Below, one piece after another: positions 1 to 11,853 of a stretch of DNA of 64,000 bases (positions are counted from its first letter, which is position 1; every line of letters starts with the position of its first letter). This DNA comes from Escherichia coli. GTDB lineage: Bacteria > Pseudomonadota > Gammaproteobacteria > Enterobacterales > Enterobacteriaceae. Under the pieces are notes generated by a model. The model had not been told where the DNA came from and did not search any database. It saw only the letters and a list, made by a program, of their open reading frames with translations. The position numbers and the translations under genes are program-made. The DNA lies in NCBI RefSeq assembly GCF_044324875.1, contig NZ_CP172185.1. One strand, 5' to 3'.

Positions 1-749
1 GACATCGACTTCAACAACCTCGCATCGGGCACCTGACGCGGGTCGCAGGTATAGACCCCGTCAACGTCCGTCCAAATCTCGCAACAATCGGCGCGTAAAC
101 AGGCAGCCAGCACCGCCGCGGAGTAGTCGGAACCGTTGCGTCCAAGTACCACCAGTTCGCCTTTTTCATTACCGGCGGTGAAACCTGCCATCAGCACCAT
201 GTGATCAGCCGGAATACGACTTGCCGCAATACGGCGGGTGGACTCAGCAATATCGACGGTAGATTCGAGGTAATGCCCCACTGCCAGCAGTTTTTCGACC
301 GGATCGATAACGGTAACGTTGTGACCACGCGCTTCTAACACGCCGGCCATAATGGCGATCGACATTTTCTCGCCACGGCAAATCAGCGCAGCGTTAATGC
401 TATCCGGGCACTGCCCTAACAAACTAATGCCATGCAGGACATGTTTTATTTGGGCAAATTCCTGGTCGACGAAAGTTTTCAATTGCGCCAGCGGGAATCC
501 CGGCTGGGCGGCGGCGAGTCCTGTCAGAAGTTCGGCAAAAATACGTTCGGCATCGCTGATATTGGGTAAAGCATCCTGGCCGCTAATGGTTTTTTCAATC
601 ATCGCCACCAGGTGGTTGGTGATTTTGGCGGGGGCAGAGAGGACGGTGGCCACCTGCCCCTGCCTGGCATTGCTTTCCAGAATATCGGCAACACGCAGAA
701 AACGTTCTGCATTTGCCACTGATGTACCGCCGAACTTCAACACTCGCAT
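1..749 (-). CDS. thrA: Aspartokinase I / homoserine dehydrogenase I, N-terminal part (gene continues beyond window start)
   Basis: Reverse-strand translation from the start codon at 749-747 reads MRVLKFGG...; sits directly downstream of the thr leader and attenuator. Confidence 0.9.
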   Translation of the reverse strand, partial: MRVLKFGGTSVANAERFLRVADILESNARQGQVATVLSAPAKITNHLVAMIEKTISGQDALPNISDAERIFAELLTGLAAAQPGFPLAQLKTFVDQEFAQIKHVLHGISLLGQCPDSINAALICRGEKMSIAIMAGVLEARGHNVTVIDPVEKLLAVGHYLESTVDIAESTRRIAASRIPADHMVLMAGFTAGNEKGELVVLGRNGSDYSAAVLAACLRADCCEIWTDVDGVYTCDPRQVPDARLLKSM

Positions 750-771
750 GGTTGTTACCTCGTTACCTTTG

Positions 772-812
772 GTCGAAAAAAAAGCCCGCACTGTCAGGTG
801 CGGGCTTTTTTC
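772..812 (-). terminator. thr operon attenuator (hairpin plus U-run between thrL and thrA)
   Basis: Minus strand reads agcccgcac-ctgacag-tgcgggct followed by a run of T; located between thrL and thrA. Confidence 0.8.
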
Positions 813-829
813 TGTGTTTCCTGTACGCG

Positions 830-898
<69 letters not shown>

Positions 899-1108
899 TG
901 TTGTGTACTCTGTAATTTTTATCTGTCTGTGCGCTATGCCTATATTGGTTAAAGTATTTAGTGACCTAAGTCAATAAAATTTTAATTTACTCACGGCAGG
1001 TAACCAGTTCAGAAGCTGCTATCAGACACTCTTTTTTTAATCCACACAGAGACATATTGCCCGTTGCAGTCAGAATGAAAAGCTGAAAAATACTTACTAA
1101 GGCGTTTT

Positions 1109-1795
1109 TTATTTGGTGATATTTTTTTCAATATCATGCAGCAAACGGTGCAACATTGCCGTGTCTCGTTGCTCTAAAAGCCCCAGACGTTGTTGTAACC
1201 AGTCGACCAGTTTTGTGTCATCTGCCACTGCCAGAGTCGTCAGCAATGCCATGGCTCGTTCGCGTAAAGCTTGCAGTTGATGTTGGTCTGCCATTGTGTC
1301 ACTTTTCGCCGGTTGTTGTATTAATGTTGCTAATTGATAGCAATAGACCATCACCGCCTGCCCCAGATTGAGCGAAGGATAATCCGCCACCATCGGCACA
1401 CCAGTAAGAACGTCAGCCAACGCTAACTCTTCGTTAGTCAACCCGGAATCTTCGCGACCAAACACCAGCGCGGCATGGCTCATCCATGAAGATTTTTCCT
1501 CTAACAGCGGCACCAGTTCTACTGGCGTAGCGTAGTAATGATATTTCGCCCGACTGCGCGCAGTGGTGGCAACAGTGAAATCGACATCGTGTAACGATTC
1601 AGCCAGTGTCGGGAAAACTTTAATATTATCAATAATATCACCAGATCCATGTGCGACCCAGCGGGTGGCTGGCTCCAGGTGTGCCTGACTATCGACAATC
1701 CGCAGTTCGCTAAACCCCATCGTTTTCATTGCCCGCGCCGCTGCCCCAATATTTTCTGCTCTGGCGGGTGCGACCAGAATAATCGTTATACGCAT
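1109..1795 (-). CDS. lasT: SpoU/TrmH-type RNA methyltransferase (228 aa from internal Met)
   Basis: ORF 1109..1816; protein MRITIILVAPARAENIGAAARAMKTMGF...; position between thrL and arcA matches K-12 yjtD. Confidence 0.8.
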   Translation of the reverse strand: MRITIILVAPARAENIGAAARAMKTMGFSELRIVDSQAHLEPATRWVAHGSGDIIDNIKVFPTLAESLHDVDFTVATTARSRAKYHYYATPVELVPLLEEKSSWMSHAALVFGREDSGLTNEELALADVLTGVPMVADYPSLNLGQAVMVYCYQLATLIQQPAKSDTMADQHQLQALRERAMALLTTLAVADDTKLVDWLQQRLGLLEQRDTAMLHRLLHDIEKNITK

Positions 1796-2194
1796 ATTGC
1801 CACTCTTCTTGATCAAATAACCGCGAACCGAGTGATCACTGTCAACTTATTACGCGGTGAGAATTTACAAATTCTTAACGTAAGTCGCAGAAAAAGCCCT
1901 TTACTTAGCTTAAAAAAGGCTAAACTATTTCCTGACTGTACTAACGGTTGAATTGTTAAAAAATGCTACATATCCTTCTGTTTACTTAGGATAATTTTAT
2001 AAAAAATAAATCTCGACAATTGGATTCACCACGTTTATTAGTTGTATGATGCAACTAGTTGGATTATTAAAATAATGTGACGAAAGCTAGCATTTAGATA
2101 CGATGATTTCATCAAACTGTTAACGTGCTACAATTGAACTTGATATATGTCAACGAAGCGTAGTTTTATTGGGTGTCCGGCCCCTCTTAGCCTG

Positions 2195-2335
2195 TTATGT
2201 TGCTGTTAAAATGGTTAGGATGACAGCCGTTTTTGACACTGTCGGGTCCTGAGGGAAAGTACCCACGACCAAGCTAATGATGTTGTTGACGTTGATGGAA
2301 AGTGCATCAAGAACGCAATTACGTACTTTAGTCAT
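2195..2335 (-). CDS. yjjY: Small protein YjjY (46 aa)
   Basis: Hand translation of minus strand: MTKVRNCVLDALSINVNNIISLVVGTFPQDPTVSKTAVILTILTAT*; below the ORF-track size cutoff; between lasT and arcA. Confidence 0.65.
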   Translation of the reverse strand: MTKVRNCVLDALSINVNNIISLVVGTFPQDPTVSKTAVILTILTAT

Positions 2336-2430
2336 GTTACGCCGATCATGTTAATTTGCAGCATGCATCAGGCAGGTCAGGGACTTTTGTACTTCCTGTT
2401 TCGATTTAGTTGGCAATTTAGGTAGCAAAC

Positions 2431-3147
2431 ATGCAGACCCCGCACATTCTTATCGTTGAAGACGAGTTGGTAACACGCAACACGTTGAAAAGTATTTTCG
2501 AAGCGGAAGGCTATGATGTTTTCGAAGCGACAGATGGCGCGGAAATGCATCAGATCCTCTCTGAATATGACATCAACCTGGTGATCATGGATATCAATCT
2601 GCCGGGTAAGAACGGTCTTCTGTTAGCGCGTGAACTGCGCGAGCAGGCGAATGTTGCGTTGATGTTCCTGACTGGCCGTGACAACGAAGTCGATAAAATT
2701 CTCGGCCTCGAAATCGGTGCAGATGACTACATCACCAAACCGTTCAACCCGCGTGAACTGACTATTCGTGCACGCAACCTGCTGTCCCGTACCATGAATC
2801 TGGGTACTGTCAGCGAAGAACGTCGTAGCGTTGAAAGCTACAAGTTCAATGGTTGGGAACTGGACATCAACAGCCGTTCGTTGATCGGCCCTGATGGCGA
2901 GCAGTACAAGCTGCCGCGCAGCGAGTTCCGCGCCATGCTTCACTTCTGTGAAAACCCAGGCAAAATTCAGTCCCGTGCTGAACTGCTGAAGAAAATGACC
3001 GGCCGTGAGCTGAAACCGCACGACCGTACTGTAGACGTGACGATCCGCCGTATTCGTAAACATTTCGAATCTACGCCGGATACGCCGGAAATCATCGCCA
3101 CCATTCACGGTGAAGGTTATCGCTTCTGCGGTGATCTGGAAGATTAA
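2431..3147 (+). CDS. arcA: Aerobic respiration control response regulator ArcA
   Basis: 238 aa; [36 protein letters not shown]... receiver domain plus OmpR-type winged helix. Confidence 0.97.
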
Positions 3148-3160
3148 TCGGCTTTACCAC

Positions 3161-3196
3161 CGTCAAAAAAAACGGCGCTTTTTAGCGCCGTTTTTA
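3161..3196. terminator. Bidirectional rho-independent terminator between convergent arcA and creD
   Basis: aaaaaaaacggcgct-tttt-agcgccgtttttatttt: GC stem flanked by A-run and T-run. Confidence 0.6.
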
Positions 3197-3206
3197 TTTT
3201 TCAACC

Positions 3207-4559
3207 TTATTTCCAGATACGTAATTCATCGTCCGTTGTAACTTCTTTACTGGCTTTCATTTTCGGCAGTGAAAACGCATACCAGTCGATATTACGGGTC
3301 ACAAACATCATGCCGGCCAGCGCCACCACCAGCACACTGGTTCCCAACAACAGCGCGCTATCGGCAGAGTTGAGCAGTCCCCACATCACACCATCCAGCA
3401 ACAACAGCGCGAGGGTAAACAACATGCTATTGCGCCAGCCTTTCAATACCGCCTGCAAATAAATACCGTTCATTAACGCCCCAATCAGACTGGCGATTAT
3501 CCATGCCACGGTAAAACCGATATGTTCAGAAAGCGCCAGCAAGAGCAAATAAAACATCACCAATGAAAGCCCCACCAGCAAATATTGCATTGGGTGTAAA
3601 CGTTGCGCGGTGAGCGTTTCAAAAACAAAGAACGCCATAAAAGTCAGTGCAATCAGCAGAATGGCGTACTTAGTCGCCCGGTCAGTTAATTGGTATTGAT
3701 CGGCTGGCGTCGTTACTGCGACGCTAAACGCCGGGAAGTTTTCCCAGCCGGTATCATTGCCTGAAGCAAAACGCTCACCGAGATTATTAGCAAACCAGCT
3801 GCTTTGCCAGTGCGCCTGAAAACCTGACTCGCTAACTTCCCGTTTGGCTGGTAGAAAATCACCTAAAAAACTGGGATGCGGCCAGTTGCTGGTTAAGGTC
3901 ATTTCGCTATTACGCCCGCCAGGCACCACAGAAAGATCGCCGGTACCGCTTAAATTCAGGGCCATATTCAGCTTCAGGTTCTGCTTCCGCCAGTCCCCTT
4001 CAGGTAAAGGGATATGCACGCCCTGCCCGCCTTGCTCTAACCCGGTGCCGGGTTCAATGGTCAGCGCCGTTCCGTTAACTTCAGGCGCTTTCACCACACC
4101 AATACCACGCGCATCCCCGACGCTAATCACAATAAATGGCTTGCCTAAGGTGATATTTGGCGCGTTGAGTTCGCTAAGACGCGAAACATCGAAATCGGCT
4201 TTTAGCGTTAAATCACTGTGCCAGACCTGACCGGTATAAATCCCTATCTTGCGTTCTTCCACGTTCTGATTGCCATCAACCATCAATGACTCAGGTAACC
4301 AAAAATGGATAAAACTTCGTTTCCGCTCCACGGTTTTATCCTCTTCCTGCACCGTATAAAGCTCGGTCACAGGAATAGCGATGAGCGGCCCAACGAGTTT
4401 TTGCGGCCCGCTGGTACTTTGGCGAATCGCATCTTCCACATCGCTACGGTAATCAGCACGTTCGACAATCACCTGCCGAATCAGCATTATCGGAATCAAC
4501 AACAGCAATACTGCACCAAACAGGGTGGTCATTTTCCAGAACAGGGGGGATTTCAACAT
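3207..4559 (-). CDS. creD: Inner membrane protein CreD
   Basis: 450 aa; membrane protein downstream of creC in creABCD order. Confidence 0.9.
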   Translation of the reverse strand: MLKSPLFWKMTTLFGAVLLLLIPIMLIRQVIVERADYRSDVEDAIRQSTSGPQKLVGPLIAIPVTELYTVQEEDKTVERKRSFIHFWLPESLMVDGNQNVEERKIGIYTGQVWHSDLTLKADFDVSRLSELNAPNITLGKPFIVISVGDARGIGVVKAPEVNGTALTIEPGTGLEQGGQGVHIPLPEGDWRKQNLKLNMALNLSGTGDLSVVPGGRNSEMTLTSNWPHPSFLGDFLPAKREVSESGFQAHWQSSWFANNLGERFASGNDTGWENFPAFSVAVTTPADQYQLTDRATKYAILLIALTFMAFFVFETLTAQRLHPMQYLLVGLSLVMFYLLLLALSEHIGFTVAWIIASLIGALMNGIYLQAVLKGWRNSMLFTLALLLLDGVMWGLLNSADSALLLGTSVLVVALAGMMFVTRNIDWYAFSLPKMKASKEVTTDDELRIWK

Positions 4560-4616
4560 AGTCTTCTCCTTTGCAATGGCAGCAGGATACGAAGGCTATG
4601 TGGGAAGAATTTGAAG

Positions 4617-6041
4617 CTATGTGAAGTGACGGTGAAGTCGAAGCGAAGCCAGCACGCCACCTTCCTGCACGTTGCGCAGCGTGACTTCGCCGTTAAACAA
4701 ACGGGCGACCTCACTGACGAACGCCAACCCCAGACCGCTGCTTTTTTGCCCATTTGCACGAGGCAAAGAGTAAAAGCGTTCAAAAATACGTGAAAGCGCG
4801 TAGTCAGGAATACCACTACCGGTATCCAGCACCTTAAGCGTGACGTGTTCCTGCTCCACTTCGGCGCTTAGCGTGATGCAACCGCTCTCGGGGGTAAAAT
4901 CGATGGCGTTATCCAGTAAATTTCCCAGCGCCTGCTCCAGTAACGCCGGTTCAGCAGCAACGTTAACCTCGGTGGGCGTAACATGCAGAGTGATTTTTTT
5001 TTCTGCCAACTGCACGGTGCGCGCTTCGCTGACGCGGCGAAATAATGCCGCCACATCAACAGCAGTCAGAACGACTTCCTGACGATTCTCCAGTCTTGCC
5101 TGGCGTAGAAACGTTTCTACCAATGCCTGCATACGCACATTTTGCGTCAGAATGTTGTCAGTAAAACGAGCCACCACTTCCGGCGGCGGACCTTCGCGTA
5201 AAATTTCCGCCGCTCCACGAATCGCCGCCAGTGGGCTTTTTAGCTCATGAGTTAATGCGTAAACATACTGCTCAATATAGTTTTTCCCTTCCAGCTTCAC
5301 GCGCATACTTTCCAGCGCCTGCGCGAGTTTACGCAGCTCGCTACTACCGAGATCGGGGAGAGGAACGGGCTTATTGTCAGTGACGGAATCAGCATAGCGA
5401 GTGAGCCGGGCAATGGAGCGGTTGATCCACCAAACCATGCCTGCGCCAATCACCAGTGCAATCCCCAACAAAATGGCGCTGGCCCATAAAATTCGCCGCT
5501 CGCTGCGTTTAATGACCGGAGCCATCGCCGCGTTCGGTTTGCCTACGCTCAAAACGCCAATAAGCCGCGAGCCGTCCATAATCGGCGCGGCAACATACAT
5601 CACCGAACTTTCGGGATCGGTAGGATTTTGCAACGTGCTGCGCGCACCATACTGACCACGCAACGTTAGCCAGACGTCATTCCAGCGCGAATAATCCTGT
5701 CCAACGGCTTTATTTGCCGAATCGAACAATACTTTGCCCTGCGCATCGGTCATATAGACATGATATTCATTGCGCACTTTGTTAATGCCACCGATATTGG
5801 CGCGAAACGGGCGATGCTGTAGCTGATTAAACGCCTGCGCCAGTTGCCCATGCGTTGGGTCCCCAGAGAGCAAATCGGGACGCGCCAGCTCCGCCAGCAA
5901 CGTTGCGGTGTCGATCAATGTCCCCTCCGTTGCTCTTCGCACGCCCGGTTTAACTTCTTTGACAAAAATGGCCAGTACGAACCAGGCTGCCACCGCCACC
6001 AGTAAAAAATAGCCCAGCAACAACCGCATGCCGATACGCAT
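4617..6041 (-). CDS. creC: Sensor histidine kinase CreC
   Basis: 474 aa; N-terminal transmembrane segment, HisKA motif ALTHELKSPLAAIRG, ATPase domain; overlaps creB stop. Confidence 0.92.
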   Translation of the reverse strand: MRIGMRLLLGYFLLVAVAAWFVLAIFVKEVKPGVRRATEGTLIDTATLLAELARPDLLSGDPTHGQLAQAFNQLQHRPFRANIGGINKVRNEYHVYMTDAQGKVLFDSANKAVGQDYSRWNDVWLTLRGQYGARSTLQNPTDPESSVMYVAAPIMDGSRLIGVLSVGKPNAAMAPVIKRSERRILWASAILLGIALVIGAGMVWWINRSIARLTRYADSVTDNKPVPLPDLGSSELRKLAQALESMRVKLEGKNYIEQYVYALTHELKSPLAAIRGAAEILREGPPPEVVARFTDNILTQNVRMQALVETFLRQARLENRQEVVLTAVDVAALFRRVSEARTVQLAEKKITLHVTPTEVNVAAEPALLEQALGNLLDNAIDFTPESGCITLSAEVEQEHVTLKVLDTGSGIPDYALSRIFERFYSLPRANGQKSSGLGLAFVSEVARLFNGEVTLRNVQEGGVLASLRLHRHFT

Positions 6042-6730
6042 TACAGGCCCCTCAGGCTATATCCCATGCCGCGATGAGTATTAATCGGTGAAAGATCGGG
6101 GTTGATGGCGCGCAGCTTGGCACGCAGCGTTTTAATGTGGGTATCGACGGTGCGATCGTAGGTGTCCTGCGCATCTTCCCACACGCTATCCATCAGTTGC
6201 TGGCGGGACCAGACACGGCCCGGTGACTTGAGTAACGTCTTCAGCAATAAAAACTCATACCGCGTCAGCGTTAATGGCGTGTCAAACCAGCTGATCTGCG
6301 CCGCGGGTTCATTCAATTCAAAATGTCCAATACGGATGACGGGAGACGGCGTCGAGAACTTCTTCATCCGACGCAGTAAGGTGCGCACCCTGGCGCACAC
6401 TTCGCGGGGTGAAAACGGTTTAGCCACATAGTCGTCAGCGCCAATTTCCAGCCCAAGCAGGCGATCGACCTCTTCACTTCGGGCCGTCAGGAACAGTACA
6501 GGTAACGCCGGATGGAGCGCCAGTAACTGGCGGCACAATTCAAAGCCACTGATATCAGGCAAACCAACGTCGAGAATCATGACATCGGGAACCTGCTGGC
6601 GAGCTTTATCCAGCACCGGCAAGCCTCGCTCAAAGACCTCGACGGCAAAACCTTCCTGCTGCAACATGTAGACCAGAGTGTCGGCTATCCCTTGCTCATC
6701 TTCCACTAACCAGACCGTTTCCCGTTGCAT
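6041..6730 (-). CDS. creB: Response regulator CreB
   Basis: 229 aa; MQRETVWLVEDEQGIADTLVYMLQQEGF...; OmpR family. Confidence 0.92.
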   Translation of the reverse strand: MQRETVWLVEDEQGIADTLVYMLQQEGFAVEVFERGLPVLDKARQQVPDVMILDVGLPDISGFELCRQLLALHPALPVLFLTARSEEVDRLLGLEIGADDYVAKPFSPREVCARVRTLLRRMKKFSTPSPVIRIGHFELNEPAAQISWFDTPLTLTRYEFLLLKTLLKSPGRVWSRQQLMDSVWEDAQDTYDRTVDTHIKTLRAKLRAINPDLSPINTHRGMGYSLRGL

Positions 6731-6742
6731 AAATCGCCTCTG

Positions 6743-7216
6743 TTATTGCCGCCACGGCATGACAGGAACCGCGCTAATCGCGTTTTTCGGCGAACCTTCT
6801 ACAACTTTGTCGGAGTAAGCCAGATAAGCGAGCGCGTTGCGTTTGGCGTCATAAAAGCGCACGACCTGTAACGACTTAAAGACCAGGGACGTGCGTTTTT
6901 TGAATACTACCTCGCCCTGAGCTTTGCCGTTTTTAATACGATCCGACAGTTCAATCGGCCCGACTTGCTGACAAGAAATGGCCGCATCGGAGGTATCTTC
7001 TGCCAGGCCCAATCCCCCTTTAATACCACCGGTTTTCGCCCGGCTCACATAACAGGTGACATTTTTCACATCGGGATCGTCAAAGGCTTCCACAACAATT
7101 TTGTGATCCGGGCCGATCATTTTAAATACGGTGTCGACCGAACCAATCTCTTCTGCATGAGCCAATGGCCCCAGCATTATCAGGCTTAAAGACAGGATCA
7201 AATGCTTGTATTTCAT
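6743..7216 (-). CDS. creA: Periplasmic protein CreA
   Basis: 157 aa with signal peptide [21 protein letters not shown]; first gene of cre operon. Confidence 0.9.
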
Positions 7217-7426
7217 ATTGTTACCATTTTTATCTATTACACGAGCAATTAGTTCGTCACGGTAAATAACATATTGATTAAGAACAAAATCTCAATACTT
7301 TTATTTCCGTCAAGTCCTAAAACATACTCTACTAAGAAAAAAACACTGAATGCTAAAACAGCAAAAAATGCTATTATCCAATTACCTGATGTCAGGTGCT
7401 CGTTGTTGAAAGGATGAGGATATTTT

Positions 7427-8296
7427 ATGGATCAGGCCGGCATTATTCGCGACCTTTTAATCTGGCTGGAAGGTCATCTGGATCAGCCCCTGTCGCTCGA
7501 CAATGTAGCGGCGAAAGCAGGTTATTCCAAGTGGCACTTACAGAGAATGTTTAAAGATGTCACTGGCCATGCTATTGGCGCGTATATTCGTGCTCGTCGT
7601 TTGTCGAAATCGGCGGTCGCACTACGCCTGACTGCGCGTCCGATTCTGGACATCGCGCTGCAATACCGCTTCGACTCTCAACAGACATTTACCCGCGCAT
7701 TCAAGAAGCAGTTTGCCCAGACTCCTGCACTTTACCGCCGTTCTCCTGAATGGAGCGCCTTTGGTATTCGCCCGCCGCTACGCCTGGGTGAATTCACTAT
7801 GCCAGAGCACAAATTTGTCACCCTGGAAGATACGCCGCTGATTGGTGTTACCCAGAGCTACTCCTGTTCGCTGGAGCAAATCTCTGATTTCCGCCATGAA
7901 ATGCGTTATCAGTTCTGGCACGATTTTCTCGGCAACGCGCCGACCATTCCGCCGGTGCTCTACGGCCTGAATGAAACGCGTCCGAGTCAGGATAAAGACG
8001 ACGAACAAGAGGTATTCTATACCACCGCGTTAGCCCAGGATCAGGCAGATGGCTATGTACTGACGGGGCATCCGGTGATGCTGCAGGGCGGCGAATATGT
8101 GATGTTTACCTATGAAGGTCTGGGAACCGGCGTGCAGGAGTTTATCCTGACGGTATACGGGACGTGCATGCCAATGCTCAACCTGACGCGCCGTAAAGGT
8201 CAGGATATTGAGCGATACTACCCGGCAGAAGATGCCAAAGCGGGAGATCGCCCAATTAATCTGCGCTGTGAACTACTGATTCCGATCCGTCGTTAA
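7427..8296 (+). CDS. rob: AraC/XylS-family regulator Rob (right origin-binding protein)
   Basis: 289 aa; MDQAGIIRDLLIWLEGHLDQPLSLDNVAAKAGYSKWHLQRMFKDVTGH... Confidence 0.95.
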   Translation: MDQAGIIRDLLIWLEGHLDQPLSLDNVAAKAGYSKWHLQRMFKDVTGHAIGAYIRARRLSKSAVALRLTARPILDIALQYRFDSQQTFTRAFKKQFAQTPALYRRSPEWSAFGIRPPLRLGEFTMPEHKFVTLEDTPLIGVTQSYSCSLEQISDFRHEMRYQFWHDFLGNAPTIPPVLYGLNETRPSQDKDDEQEVFYTTALAQDQADGYVLTGHPVMLQGGEYVMFTYEGLGTGVQEFILTVYGTCMPMLNLTRRKGQDIERYYPAEDAKAGDRPINLRCELLIPIRR

Positions 8297-8940
8297 CGCT
8301 GCAGCTCATCTAATGCAGGGGCGTCCAGATGCGAGATGTCCCCTGCGGTTTCAACGACCCAGCCAGACGCCAGCCACAGGCTTTCCTGATAATCCACGCG
8401 CGAAATAGAACAGTTACGCAGACGTAAGCGACGCTCTGCCCATGCTGGTAATCCGAGAATCGTACTCACCAGGCATCCCAGTGCAATACCGTGGCTCACC
8501 AGCAGCGGTCGGCTTCCCTGCGGTAAGTCCCGGCAAGATTCCAGTGCCGCATTGACGCGATCGCTGAGCTCCTGCATTGACTCGCCTTCAGGAATACGCC
8601 CGTCAACGGTGCCATTGACCAGCTGCCGTCGCCAGTTCTCTTCTTCTTCGGTCAGAGAATCGATATGTCTTTTTTCCAGCACACCCATGTTTAATTCACG
8701 CAGGCGAGAATCAAAGATGATGTCACAGCCGCAGGCCTGGGCGATGATTTCCGCCGTACGCCGGGTGCGCCCTAAATCGCTACTGATGATATGCGTAATG
8801 CCAAGCTCTTTGGCACGGGTTGCCACCTGCATCGCCTGTTGCTCACCTTTGGCGGTCAGCGGGCTGTCAGACTGGCCCTGAATACGTCGCTCGGCGTTCC
8901 ACTGCGTTTCACCGTGGCGGACTAGGTATACCTGTAACAT
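8293..8940 (-). CDS. gpmB: Histidine-phosphatase family protein (phosphoglycerate mutase-like GpmB)
   Basis: 215 aa; MLQVYLVRHGETQWNAERRIQGQSDSPLTAKG (RHG motif); convergent 4-nt overlap with rob. Confidence 0.9.
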   Translation of the reverse strand: MLQVYLVRHGETQWNAERRIQGQSDSPLTAKGEQQAMQVATRAKELGITHIISSDLGRTRRTAEIIAQACGCDIIFDSRLRELNMGVLEKRHIDSLTEEEENWRRQLVNGTVDGRIPEGESMQELSDRVNAALESCRDLPQGSRPLLVSHGIALGCLVSTILGLPAWAERRLRLRNCSISRVDYQESLWLASGWVVETAGDISHLDAPALDELQR

Positions 8941-8978
8941 GCTTTTTTTCCGTATACTGCTGTAACGTTAATTTTTGA

Positions 8979-9841
<863 letters not shown>

Positions 9842-9873
9842 TTAGCGGGGGAAGCAAAATGCCTCCCCCGGTT

Positions 9874-9891
9874 GTACTCGCTAAAGAGTAC
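9874..9891 (-). promoter_or_regulatory. TrpR operator (autoregulatory) in trpR promoter
   Basis: 18-bp palindrome gtactcgctaaagagtac; minus strand reads ATCGTACTCTTTAGCGAGTACAAC, matching the Trp operator half-site GTACT...AGTAC, about 50 bp upstream of the trpR start. Confidence 0.75.
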
Positions 9892-9915
9892 GATAGCATA
9901 TCATAAACGTGCGGA

Positions 9916-11853
9916 TCAGTAACGACGTCCCCATTCCGTGGCGCTCATCAATGTCGGTTTATCCCCCATGAAATAGCGGTAGTAAGCGTCATAAGCCAGC
10001 ACGTTCTTCACATAACCGCGCGTCTCGGAGAACGGAATACTCTCGACAAATGCCACTGCGTCGATACGCCCGGCGCTGTTGCCAAGCCAGGTTCGCACCC
10101 GCCCTGGTCCGGCGTTATAAGCTGCTGAGGAGAAAATACGGTTATTACCAAACTGCTGATAAACATATTGCAGGTAACTGGTGCCAATGTTGATGTTCGT
10201 TTCCGGATCCAGCAATTGCCCAGGGCTGCTATAACCAGGAATAGAGAACATCTTCACCGTATGGGTCGCCGTGCCCGGCATAATCTGCATCAGGCCGCTG
10301 GCCCCTACCGGTGATTTCACTTTCGGATTCCAGGCGCTCTCCTGACGGGCAATCGCCATCGCATAGCTTTGCGGGATCTCCTTCCCACTGGTGTAACGTT
10401 TGAAAAGATCGTTGTAAGCCAGCGGGAATCGCTCTTCCAGATGATCCCATAGCTTCCCGGCGATCGTTGCCTGAACGCTAAGATCCCACCATTGGTTATT
10501 GAAAGCATACCGAGCCAGTTGCGCCTGCTCTGTTTTTGACTTGCTCTTCACCAGATTGGCCCACTCGCTACGCGCGGTATTATCGAGATTCCAGTACATC
10601 AACTCGCGCACGCGCGCCATCTCCGGCCCCTGAGTCAAGGTGCTGTCAACATTCTGCGGCGCTTTATCAATCTTCAGCTCATACTCTTCACCGATGCGTT
10701 GTGCTGCAACCATCGGGTAGAAACCACGCTGTTGCATGAGTTGATGCAAAATCTCTTTTGCTTCAGCTTCACGTCCGCGTTCCAGCAGTAAATCCGCCTG
10801 CCAGTAACGCCATTCATCTTTCTCTTTCGCCTCCATCGGCAGACGCGCCAGCCAGGTATTCAGGCCGCGACGATCGCCGGTGCCAAGCGCCATTCGCACA
10901 CGGCGTTCAATAAGCGAAGTAGATTGCGAACGCATAATGGCGTCATCACGCCATTTCGCCTGTTCGTCGGTGACATCGTTGCCCATCAAACGCCAGGCGA
11001 CGATATCGCGCAGCTCCTGAATCTGATCTTCATTAAGCTGCTGCGCCTGGGCAAGCGACGGGATCATCAGCCGTGCATTTTCAGCATCCTGCCGCGCTAC
11101 ACTGGCAAACGCCACCGCCGCCATTTGACGGGTAAAATCGGTCGCTCCGGTTGTACGCGCGAAGGTCAGTACCGTATTAGGATTGTTCGCTAGTGAAATG
11201 ATTGCCGAAGCGATAGTCTGGTAATCGGCAGGCATCTGCCCTGCCAGCACTGTTACCAGGCCAGTGTTACCCGCTTTCATCGCCAGACGGATACGCTCTA
11301 AATACGCCAGCGGATCTTGTTTACCTGACGCACGCCAGACGCTGAATAACTTGTCACAGGCGTTAGGCTGGCTCTTGCCGGTTAGCCACAGCTCTTTCGC
11401 CCCTTGCCAGGCTTCTTCACTCTGCCCGGTGTTCCATTTCGCATAGTAGTAATTACATTGCGCTTCGGTAGTTCCGGGCTTTTCTGGGCTAAAGGCTAAC
11501 AAGCCACGCCAGTCTTCACGCCGCGCCAGTTCATTGACGAAACGAGATTGCAGCGTGCGAGCGGGAGGAAGCGTGGGGTTAGCGCGAACAAAGTTAGTGA
11601 CCGTCACCGCCGGTTGATTCATCAGGTCATCGGTGATCTGACGGTATTCCAGGTAGGGATAAAGCGGATAATCCTTCAGTCCAGGCATCATTTGTTCGAC
11701 CACATCCATTTGTCGATTATCCCAGGCCTGCTTGATTTGGGCGTAGCGGCTACGCTGCTCATCCAGTGAGTCGGCTCGCGCCACGCTGCTGACCGTCAGC
11801 AGACAGACACCGGCAGCCAACAGCCGCCAGGTAACGTGTTTGGCTTTTTCCAC
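9916..11853 (-). CDS. slt: Soluble lytic murein transglycosylase Slt70
   Basis: ORF 9916..11883; probable GTG start at 11853 (agagga about 8 nt upstream) gives 645 aa beginning (V/M)EKAKHVTWRLLAAGVCLLTVSSVARA; C-terminal lysozyme-like domain. Confidence 0.92.
   Translation of the reverse strand: MEKAKHVTWRLLAAGVCLLTVSSVARADSLDEQRSRYAQIKQAWDNRQMDVVEQMMPGLKDYPLYPYLEYRQITDDLMNQPAVTVTNFVRANPTLPPARTLQSRFVNELARREDWRGLLAFSPEKPGTTEAQCNYYYAKWNTGQSEEAWQGAKELWLTGKSQPNACDKLFSVWRASGKQDPLAYLERIRLAMKAGNTGLVTVLAGQMPADYQTIASAIISLANNPNTVLTFARTTGATDFTRQMAAVAFASVARQDAENARLMIPSLAQAQQLNEDQIQELRDIVAWRLMGNDVTDEQAKWRDDAIMRSQSTSLIERRVRMALGTGDRRGLNTWLARLPMEAKEKDEWRYWQADLLLERGREAEAKEILHQLMQQRGFYPMVAAQRIGEEYELKIDKAPQNVDSTLTQGPEMARVRELMYWNLDNTARSEWANLVKSKSKTEQAQLARYAFNNQWWDLSVQATIAGKLWDHLEERFPLAYNDLFKRYTSGKEIPQSYAMAIARQESAWNPKVKSPVGASGLMQIMPGTATHTVKMFSIPGYSSPGQLLDPETNINIGTSYLQYVYQQFGNNRIFSSAAYNAGPGRVRTWLGNSAGRIDAVAFVESIPFSETRGYVKNVLAYDAYYRYFMGDKPTLMSATEWGRRY

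Noticed and set aside
2623-3108. 161-aa ORF on the minus strand inside arcA
   Set aside because: Fully contained antisense to the arcA coding sequence; no ribosome-binding site or recognisable domain.
9845-9870. GC hairpin as the rho-independent terminator of slt
   Set aside because: On the slt (minus) strand the hairpin is not followed by a U-run; it lies in the trpR leader instead.
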